A stretch of DNA of 63,971 bases, counting the filler, from Kipferlia bialata (taxonomy: Eukaryota), in the NCBI GenBank assembly GCA_003568945.1. It is 3 parts of 2 records of this genome, joined end to end, with 100 filler letters (N's around TTAATTAATTAA, not from the genome) between each part and the next. Parts side by side here need not be neighbours in the genome. Positions count along the whole stretch, not along the records: positions 1 to 10,751 come from BDIP01000044.1; positions 10,852 to 35,436 come from BDIP01000044.1; 1 more part is not named here. One strand, written 5' to 3'. The position numbers and the translations under genes were made by a program. The notes under the pieces were generated by a model that was not told the DNA's origin, did no database searches, and saw only the letters and a program-made list of their open reading frames with translations. Positions 1-10,907 of the stretch are shown piece by piece. Positions within the stretch are counted from its first letter, which is position 1, and each line of letters starts with the position of its first letter.

Positions 1-515
1 CTCAATATCTATTACAAGTATGTCCTACATCCTGGTCATTGTGACAAGTCAGTCTGTTTAATGTGACAAGTCTCCATATTGTGTGACAAGTCAAGGTGTA
101 CTCAGAGAGCCAGAGGATGGTATCCCCTAGTGCCTTAGGTGACCTTGTTTTTGAGAATGACTAACTAGGCAATGAGTAGAGAAGGGACTCTACTTGATAG
201 TGTTCTCTATCAATGATGAAGATGATGGACATGTCCATTGGACATTCAAGAGTAACCAGAACATAGTGAATATATATGGCAGGGAGAGAAGAGGGGACAT
301 TGATACGGCGCAACATCCCGCTATGGAAGGGTGTATCTACTATAGAATTATCATATGGGAGTTAAGTGCTATGTACTCCCTATTACGCTGTTGTTTGGGA
401 ACGACCTCCCCTACCGATATATATCCACTAAGCTCCAGAATACCGTTGCGCAGCACTGTTAATCACTTGTAGAACTTGCTGGTCTACAGTGGTAACCTCT
501 ACTGCAGCAAATATC

Positions 516-748
516 CTCACTTCTTGAACCTATATCCGAGACCAGTAGAGTCCTCTATTACGGTAGACATACTCACTTCTTGAACCCACATGCGAGCCCT
601 GTGCTGGGGTCCTTGACCACACACCCCGCCCCCAGCATCCTGTGTCCACCCTGTATAGGCAGGGAGAGCATGGCATGCACAACTGACTCAGTCCCGTAGA
701 AGGGGTGCGCAGCCACCTGAGTTAGACACACACATAAATAATATAGTA

Positions 749-790
<42 letters not shown>

Positions 791-3700
791 TACTATTGAG
801 GTATAGAGAAGTAGAAGGGGTGCTCGGCAACATGAGTTAGACACACATTTTATGCTAATCGTGTACTAAATCAAGCATTTGAGCAAATCAACTTGTCCTC
901 CGTCAGCACATGCCAATCATACAATAATGGCACACCATGTCATATATGAATATATGAATATATGTATATATATTAGGAGACTGTGTACACACCTTGTCCC
1001 CTGTCACCCCGTGCCCCAGTGCTATGACGGGCTGGGAGTCAATGACCATGGCGGTGGGCCTGTCCTGTTATAAGTACATATGTATATGTATATATATATA
1101 TATATATATACATTTCCATGTTATACTTTCATATATATGATGATATATGTGTTCACATGACCATGGCGGTGGGCCTGTCCTGTTGTCAGTCTAAGTGAAT
1201 ACTAGTACATGTCTATGGGTATGTATATACAATACTGTAAACATCACTGACCTCAGATGGCGATGGTCTCTCTAGGCAGTATGAGTACACTCTCCCTGTG
1301 CCGCATGGCATAGTAGGCAGACCAGACACATCGTGTGGGAATACCCACTGGGTACTGTCCATACCCAGTCTGACAGGGTGGAAGGGGGTGATACGGAGGC
1401 CACCTGGGGTTAGATATCAGTATAGATAATAGTACATAGTACTATCGAGATATATCAGATATAAAGTTGTATTAGGGTGGCAGGGGGTGATGCGGAGACC
1501 ACCTGCTGTTAGGTAAAATATTATTGTAATAATAGTATCATTGAGATATATTAGATACATTTCATTGGAATATAATGTATAAGGGTGGAAGGGGGCCACC
1601 TGGGGTTGGCATAAACCATCGACTGTACATGGAGCATATGGTACCTGGGAACACCACAAAGTGCTTTGATGTAATGATTCGTATATAAAAAACACATAGA
1701 TACAGAACATGCTAGTTGGGATATATATTTGTGAAAAGAATACCTGGGAATACCACAAAGTGCTCATAGGCAGAGGCTTCAGTGGACAGGACATGCTCGA
1801 CCTGGGGAGGTGAGACAGCATGAAAATACTTATGGGTATATATAAATGTAGATGTAGCCATATCATCACATATAGGCAGATGCCTCTGTGGACAGGACAT
1901 GCTCAACCTAGGGAGGTGAGACAGGGATGTCAATAGAATTGATTAAGAGTCATAAAGCTACATCCATGCACTAGTATACCTTTGCCGTCTGCCCCCCTGG
2001 CACCATGACCTCTGTCATGTACATATAGTAGTAGATATACATAATACCAATATAGAATTATTCCAATACCTACATTCATATGCCTACCTTAGCTGTCTGT
2101 CCCCCTGGCACCATGACCTCTGTCCCAGGCACAACCTGGGGTGAGAGTATGATAATACAATTATACATAAATATGCATATACATATACAGCATGTGTATC
2201 TCTGGGGGTCAAGACATGTGATATACAGTATGGTAATTGGATGATGTAAACAAGTACACTCGTAACCCAACCCGGAGGTATAAGTATGGTACACATGGAT
2301 GATATAGCAAAGCAGCCTGGAGGAGTAAATGGCGACTGACATGTAAACACTAGTGTTGAAATACCTCCTGTGCCCTGCACAATGTGCCATCTCTGTAATA
2401 CATATATAAATATAAATATCTCTCTCTCTCTATATATATATATATGCATACATATGCACATACACACCTCCTGTGCCCTGCACACTGACCCCTCTGCCAA
2501 TTCTCTCTCTCTCTATATATATATTAATATCTATGTATAGATATGGTATATGTACAGTACCTCCTCTGCCCTGCACACTGACCCATCTGCCAATTCTCTC
2601 TCTCTATATATATATATAAATATCTATGTATAGATATGGTATATATGCATACCTCCTCTGCCCTGCACACTGACCCATCTGCCAGTGCCACCTTAGAGTC
2701 ACAGTGCACACAGGGGCCGGCACTAGAGGGTGAGTCTAGAGATATAGTATAGTATAGTATATATATATATATATATAGATAGATAGATAGATTGAATAGT
2801 CATCTGAGTCACAGTGCACACAGGGGCCGGCACTGACAGTGAGTATATGGGTAGAGAGTCATACAGTCAGAAAGAGAGAGATAGAGAAAGAATATATATA
2901 AACGTGTATATACATACAGTCTCCATACCTCGTGTTGAATGCCGCGGCACTTGTCATCCTGACCCCATATATATACATGACATAGTCACATACTACTATT
3001 TGAATATGGTAGTATATATGAATGTATATACATATATATATATATATATAAGTCCTCACCTCGTGTTGAATGCCGCGGCACTTGTCATCCTGACCCCATG
3101 GCTAGATGAGGCAGCAGGGGGGGGCATCACGTTGAAGGTGAGGTTCTGGCGGTCAGAGCACTACGTATATAGTATACACAATATGAAAGTGATAGAGAAT
3201 AGACAAATGTACTCATATATATAGAGAGAGAGGAGGCATCAGGGGCATCACGTTGAAGGTCAGGTTCTATGGGGTTAGAGCACTCAGCAATTACCCATTC
3301 ATGTATTTGCTATATATATACACAAGAACTCAGTGGCCATCATATATAGTAAACTCAACAGTGAAAGAACCCAATAATGAAGGTAGACCCACCTGCTGCC
3401 TGACAAGCTCTCTATGGAGCTCTCCCCCGTATGCAGCCAGGGACTTGTCCTTGTGGTTGTTGCACACCTGGGGGGTGAAACTCCGCGGTATTACCAAAAC
3501 TCTACACGATAGTAACAGACGTGCAATCATCCTTTGATGAGACATCATATAGCGTTTCTATAAGATAAACCTAGGTCCTCACCTCTCTGCAGTGGCTGAG
3601 GCATATGGAGTACAGGTAGTGCCTGCCCCACCTGTCCATGAGAGATGCATATCTACATACACAGCATAAATAGCTAAAAATGAGGAGAACATGATATAAT

Positions 3701-5898
3701 ACTGGAAGAGCTAGGTAGTTTCATACTCTGTCTGCCCCACCTGTCCATGAGACGTGTGTGTGTATACATATATATTTATATATATTGACACTGTCTGCCC
3801 CACCTGTCCATGTCAGTATCAGTATCATACAGATACTGATACTGATACTATATATATGTATAGTAGTGTATACACATATGTTTGTCTGCCCCACCTGTCC
3901 ATGTGCTCGGGGTCAAAGGCGAGGGACATCTGCTCCTGGGGCATTAGATGTATTCTATAGAATTCTTATATAACATAGTAACTATACATCATACCTTGTA
4001 GTCCCTGTCCAGCTGTGCCAGCCACACCATGGGTCCAGGGTATATTAATATGAATACATATATATATATTTATATATATTATATATGAGTATATACATCA
4101 TACCTTATAGTCCTTGTCCAGCTGGGCCAGCCACACCATGGGTCCTGTCTCATCTAGGGACTCGCCCTGCCGGCCAGTGACCTGGGGGGTGAGATGCATG
4201 CTAATACACACACAGTATGAATATAGAATAGAGCTCTGTTAATACCCTGCCTGCCACTCACCTGAGTGAGGGAGGTATTCACACATAGTAGTGCTCTACA
4301 CATAATAGTACAATAGGCATATTGTTATATACACTTAACCCTCACCTCGGGTATTGAGTCAGCCATATGCTGTGCACACATACTCATACACACACACACA
4401 CATATATATATATATGTATAAATGATATCACGCCACAAATACCTCTGGGACTGAGTCTGCCATGAGCTGTGCACCCTCTTCTATACTCATACACATATAA
4501 ATATACATATATTGATATGGTATACAGATGATATATATATGTATACATACACACTACACACACCTCTGGTATTGCCTCTGCCATCAGCTGTGCGTACTGT
4601 TGGGCCAGAGGGGGGCAGGGGATGTGGACGTTCTGGGGTGAAGGTGGTGTATAGTATTGAACCTATCCAGGTATCCTGATTACATAGCCGAATTGCATAT
4701 ACTATAACCATATACACATACCGGTGGTGCGTTGTGCACTGCCTCCAGGATGGCACTGCACAGGCTGTGTCTGGGAATGAGGGGATAGGTGGAGAGACAG
4801 ATATGTGTATAGATAGATACACTATACTATACTATATATATAACTATACTATATATATACTATATATGGACTGCCTCCAGGATGGCACTGCACAGGCTGT
4901 GTCTATGGGGTTAGATGGAGGATACATATATATATATATATATACTATCACTATGTATATACAGAATGGACAAGAGGTGATGAGTGGAGAGACAGATATG
5001 TGTATAGATAGATAGACTGTATGTACTATATATGGACTGCCTCCAGGATGGCACTGCACAGGCTGTGTCTGGGGGGTTAGAGGGTGTATGGACTGATGCA
5101 TATATATGTATATAGATAAATAGACTCTATAAATACACATCTATACTATATGGACACATCAAGAATGGCACTTCACAGGCTGTGTCTGGGGATTAGAGGT
5201 AGACTTTCTCTTTAAGTCTAAAATGTATATATACATACACACACCTCACGTAGTGCCACAGCTGAGCCTTTGTGTCTGGCACTGTTGACCTAGACGCATT
5301 GACAGGGACAGACATGACTGGGGGGTGAGAGGGATAGTATCTATCCCACTATGATGTATTACTTATGTACACTCCCTCTCACCCTGGTCTGGCCTTGTGG
5401 GCAGTCTGTATGTGAGGGATACATTGTCTCCTCCCAGTGACACAGGCACACTCCTCGACTGGCCACACAGCACAGCACCCAGGGGGATCTAGACATGAGG
5501 GGAATAGTATAAGAGGGAATAGTATATATATATGTGTGTATATGTGCAGTACGTGACAAGCCACAGAGGACAGCACCCAGGGGGATCTATGGGGTCAGCA
5601 CACATCCCGGAGGGTAATGCAACTAATAACGAATTGAGACTGTACTCCCATGCCTTACTCCCCCCTGTAGTTGAAAGTGTTTACAATCCAAGTATGATGC
5701 ATCCCTACCTCCCCCCCCTTGCACCCCTCGAGTGTGACGTCTGTGGCCATGGTGCACAGGGCAGCTGGGTCAGTATATAGTAGTGGAATGAGAGCGAGAG
5801 AGATAGCGAGAGAGGGAGAGAGAGATAGAGAGACATCGTTGGCCATGGTGCACAGGGCAGCTAGAGGTTAGAGTATAGAAGGGAAGATAGACAGGTAG

Positions 5899-5932
<34 letters not shown>

Positions 5933-6080
5933 GTCTGTGGCCATGGTGCACAGAGCAGCTGGGGTGAGGGTATAAATATACATATATACAGAATACTGTA
6001 TATAGTAATAATAGAGAGAGAGAGAGAGATAAAGAGTTATCTATGGCCATGGTGCACAGGGCAGCTGGGGGTGAGGATGC

Positions 6081-6123
<43 letters not shown>

Positions 6124-8427
6124 CCCACCTGCCGTGCTGTGTACAAATGCTTCTTCCTCTCTCTCTCCTTCTCTCCCTCTCTCGCTCTCTCTCTCTCTCT
6201 CAATACATACGTATATATATACCTGCTGTGCTGTGTACAAATGCCGTGCCCACAAAGGAGGAGTCTGGGATGTAGGTGTACTGGCCTGACCTGGGGTGGG
6301 AATGGGTAGACAACTATACGCTAAACACATATTAGTATATAGATATATATATATATATATCCATCTCACCCCATCTGTGCCAGGTCTGCCAGCAGGTGTG
6401 TGTTGATGTTGCCGTAACCAAAGGCAAAGGTGTCCACACGGTAGCCCTGGGCGTGAGTCAAAACGCGAGATGGCACCGATACTTTGTATATACTCATGTA
6501 GATACATACTATCTCTACCTTAGTCTGTGGGTACTTTGTGTGGTATGACTCCAGCACTGTGTCTGAGTCTGGGCCCTCGTTGGGCATGCCATCGGTCAGG
6601 ACACAGATCTGTCTGAGAGTAAGTATCACGATATATATATGGGACTATAGTTATATATACTATAGTCCCGTTGGGCATGCCATCGGTCAGGACACAGATC
6701 TGTCTGGGGTGAGGAAAATATATACTATACACTGCACCATAATATATATATATATATATATTAGTACTTGGGCACACCGTCGGTCAGGACACAGATCTGC
6801 CTAGGGGTGAGGATAATGCACTGCTTACACTGTAAGTATATATATACAAACAAAAATCACACCCACCTGACACAGTCCTTCGGTCCCTCCATGGCTATAC
6901 ATATACACACGTATATATGTATATATATACAAATATATACATATATATATATATAGTCATACATTCAAATGAATTAGGCAAACATCGTATATCATCCCAC
7001 CTGACACAGTCCTCAGGTCCCTCCATGGCTATCTGCAGAGCTGTCTGGAGACCAGTGCCCATGGCAGTGCACCCACCGCAGGACAGGGACTCTGGGTGTG
7101 AGGGTACAATATACATATACTACATATACTATATATATACATTGATAGAGTCCCCATGGCAGTGCAGCCACCGCAGGACAGAGACTCTGGAGGGTAAGTG
7201 TATCATATATGTATATATTAATATATAACTCATGCATACATATATCCATGACACGTGCAGGACAGCTACTCTGGGTAGAAGGTCATGCATGACATATCTA
7301 TGTATATCCTACTTGCATTATGTACACACTTGATGCATATATAGTATCCACATACATGGTCCTGCATACCTATCTCCCTCTCTGCCCTCTCTATGCCCCG
7401 ATGCTAGTACATCCATCAATACCCATTATCTATATACTACTACACAATTGACTACTGATACCTATCTCCCTCTCTGCCCTCTCTATGCCTCCCTCCTCGA
7501 TGATGATATTTGCATACATATATATATATATACCTTTACTAGGTATTTCATGTACCTATCTCCCTCTCTGCCCTCTCTATCCCCTCCCTGGTAGTCCTGG
7601 TGGGTCTCAGGGCCACATGCACTCGGGAGTCAAAGCCGATGACAGAGACGTAGTCTACAGTTAGTAAACAGATACATATATATATATGTATATATATAGA
7701 ATATGGGTTACATGCACACAGGAGTCAAAGCCAATGACAGAGACATAGTCTGGAGTGAGTAAACAGATACATAGATAGAGAGATATACATACAGAGAGAG
7801 AGAGAGAGAGTATAGGTTACATGTTCACGGCAGTCAAAGCCAATCACAGAGACATAGTCTGGCATCAGAATGTACGGGTGGAACATACATACGATACACT
7901 GCCTTGCATACAACAATCTCCATGCATATAATCAGTATCTTCAGCACACATGACTATGAATGAATATACACATGCAGCAGTACACATGAATACTCACCGT
8001 TGTCGCCCAGGAAGTTAGACACTGCCTTGGCCCCCAGCTTGACAATGTCCAGGAGGTTGTTGGAGAACTCCTGAGGGTAAATGTATAATGGATATATAGT
8101 ATTACATATATATATAGATATGTGTGTTATAACAACAGATCTACCATACGCCATACCTCCAGCTCATTGTTTGCATTCCTCTTGGTGGCAGACCGGGTCA
8201 TGCTGCCTGGGTCAGTGCATGGTTATACACCAGACATATAGATATACTCAGATATAATGTGTCAATATATATAGAATATATATATGTGTACATACACTGG
8301 GATACAGTAATCCACCATTAAATATTCTAAACTCTGACGATACAAATACCTGATGTGTCCAAGAGTAGGATACAGTGCACAGTCGTGTACATATATATGT
8401 AAATGTATATAATGTACATATGATTCA

Positions 8428-8463
<36 letters not shown>

Positions 8464-10330
8464 TTGGGTATATACACACCTGACGTGTCCAAGAGTAGGA
8501 CACAGTGCACAGTCGTGTGCATATATATGTGAATGTATATAATGTACCTATGATTCAGTATATATATATATATATATCATAATGTACACACCTGATGTGT
8601 CCAGTAGCAGCACACAGTGCACGGGCTGTCTGTGTTGGGCAAGGGACTCCAGGGAGATGTTGACCTGGGGGTTGGTGCATATTCAAAACTACAGTATTAT
8701 ACACATATATAGGAGAAGGTTACCTATACATGTTTTGACCGACACATATACTGTATATACACATCCTTATGTACTCACCAGTGTATCCGGTGCCTCACTC
8801 CTCTCCCCCACTGTCTCCCTCAGCTCCATGGGGGTGTGGGTGCACACAAGCAGAGGGGTGGCTGGGGTTACTCAGGATAGCTACATACATACATGCACTA
8901 GTTATGATATATCTGTTCCTGGACAATGTGTTCATGCAGTGTATACATTTATATAGCTATTTGTATATACATATGTATAATGTATATATCACTGTACCTG
9001 GTGTGTCTGTGCCTGGACAATGTAAATATAGTGTCCGATTCTAATACATCATATATATATACATATACTCGATGTTCCATATATAACACTGTACCTGGTG
9101 TGTCTGTGCCTGCACTGCCCTTCCTGTCTCCCATCCACTCCTGGGGGGTCAGAGGAGACTGTATAAATATGTACATGGGTATACATGTGTACATGTACAT
9201 AGATATTTGTGTGAAACTGATACTTCTCTGCCTGTCAAACATCCACTCCTGGGGGGTCAGAGGGGTACACTTACGTGTGGTTGTATAGCTGAACACTGTA
9301 TCCATATGTCTTCCACTTCGGTGTCTGCCTGTCTGTATATACACGCTGTCTGTATATACACGTACTGTATGAATGCATCAAATGAATATGTAAATACTCA
9401 CTGTATACAGTATATCTGTATGTACCTCGATGTCTGCCTTGAGCTGTCTGTACATATGTGTTTATCAACATACATGTATCCATATCTATCCTAGCTGTCT
9501 TGCACATATATACGATATGTATACAACTATGACACATGTATCCATACCTCGATGTCTGCCTTGAGCTGTCTGTGCACACACACACACACACCCATATATA
9601 TATATGTGTATGTAAATATATTATGATTGTCATATTAACAGCATACACACATGTACAGTGTAATGAATCGATATACCTCGATGTCTGCCCTGAGCTGTCT
9701 GTTGGGCAGCAGCTGGGCTATGGTGCACGCAACCTAGGGTGGGTGTCACATTGCTAGGCTATACAGCATCATTAGTCCATCATAATGGTGTGGCAGTCAT
9801 GTCCATCACAGAGACAGAAACATGGTTAATGAGACTGCCATTCTCTATGCCAAGAGGGCATTCATGTGGATGTGTGACTCTTCCACAAGCAATAGTACTA
9901 ATTTGTAACACACCCATATCCACCCTACCTGTGTGGGAGTTGTTGGGTTCTCTCCTAGCCACTCCTCAATGGCAGCCCTGGGGATAAGGAGGTAATGCAT
10001 AGAGTTCATTATCATATCTCTCATGCATTCCTTTATAGATACACACACTTATGTATATGGATGAGCCACTCCTCAATGGCAGCCTTAGGGGTAAGGAGGA
10101 AGAGGGATACAGTTAATACTGATACATACATATGTATATATGAGTTACCCCATGATGGCTGATAGTCCCATATTATTAATATAGACTATAATATAGATTA
10201 TTTGCATATAGAGAGTGTAGATTCATTATATACAGAGAGAGACTGAGTACACATACCTCTCGTATGAGTGTCCATCTGCTGCCAGCACAGGGTCATCCAT
10301 GAGGGAGCCCTGATGTTAGTGGGCATATAT

Positions 10331-10383
<53 letters not shown>

Positions 10384-10500
10384 AGGAGGGAGAGAGGGAG
10401 GACAGGGGCATCCATGAGGTATCAATGGGGCTAGGGTATGTGTATATGTGTGTATAAGAGAGAGAAAGAGAAAGGAAGAGAGAGAGAGGACAGGGTCACC
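516..10500 (-). repeat. Intronic direct repeats that are partial copies of adjacent exon ends (exon echoes) separated by TA/CA/GA-rich filler
   Basis: Examples: 1158-1184 repeats 1042-1068; 1872-1907 and 1642-1665 repeat parts of exon 1744-1801; 2363, 2466 and 2559 repeat the end of exon 2653-2722; 4869, 5033 and 5152 repeat the start of exon 4722-4770; 5831, 5930 and 6044 repeat the start of exon 5709-5764; 8350-8380 and 8480-8510 repeat the end of exon 8592-8664. Confidence 0.95.
573..10309 (-). CDS. U-box + VWA + Vwaint + Hint (Vint-type, hedgehog-related autoprocessing) protein; 29 exons visible, 5' end probably lost at the contig break
   Basis: Hand-spliced GT-AG exons in transcript order: 10257-10309, 9929-9977, 9677-9733, 9095-9140, 8779-8861, 8592-8664, 8157-8206, 7998-8070, 7556-7654, 7001-7091, 6519-6612, 6370-6446, 6223-6290, 5709-5764, 5383-5488, 5245-5317, 4722-4770, 4564-4632, 4104-4181, 3895-3935, 3583-3631, 3393-3467, 3060-3145, 2653-2722, 2088-2135, 1744-1801, 1252-1403, 993-1064, 573-716. 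Total 2139 nt, phase-consistent, ending GFKK*. Motifs: U-box LMDDPVLAADGHSYERAAIEEWL...LLPNRQLRADIEEW; VWA MIDAS VLLLDTSGSM, YVSVIGFD, VLTDGMPN, VDTFAFGY, YTYIPDSSFVGTAF; Vwaint RWGRHYLYS...CNNHKD...YGGEL; Hint GP|CVHCDSKVALADGS, LRITPFHPV, WVFP, VIALGHG, AHPFYG. Confidence 0.9.
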
Positions 10501-10751
10501 CAATATATGTATAGGGATGTAGAAAGGGAAGGGAGAGAGCCGGTAAAGGCTCATGTATGAGGTAGCCTTACCCTAAGGTAACAGGAAGTGAAAAGAGATA
10601 GAGGGGGGGAAGGGGGGGGGTTGACAGAGAGAGAGAGAGAGAGAGAAATTACATACCAAGTCTATATACAGCCTGAATAGAAGTGAGGGTATGGCAGTGG
10701 AATGATGAGGGGGGTGGGGGGGGGGGGGGGGTGAGGGAATTTATGGCCCCG

Positions 10752-10851
10752 NNNNNNNNNNNNNNNNNNNNNNNNNNNNNNNNNNNNNNNNNNNNTTAAT
10801 TAATTAANNNNNNNNNNNNNNNNNNNNNNNNNNNNNNNNNNNNNNNNNNNN
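10752..10851. other. Artificial contig linker (44 N + TTAATTAATTAA + 44 N)
   Basis: Exactly 100 nt with a central all-frame stop palindrome, flanked by poly-G runs. Confidence 0.97.
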
Positions 10852-10862
10852 TGGGGGCGGCT

Positions 10863-10907
<45 letters not shown>

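Noticed and set aside
3623..3903. Repeat-spacer pattern resembling a CRISPR array (also 4737-5190 and 5735-6070)
   Set aside because: The repeats are exon-derived, spacing is irregular, spacers are TA-rich, the context is eukaryotic and there are no cas genes.
879..10554. Many short Tyr/Ile-rich ORFs in the ORF track
   Set aside because: They are translations of (TA)n intronic microsatellites.
10796..10807. TTAATTAATTAA palindrome (also 35481-35492)
   Set aside because: It sits in the centre of a 100-nt N linker and is an assembly artefact. Synteny across it is not meaningful.
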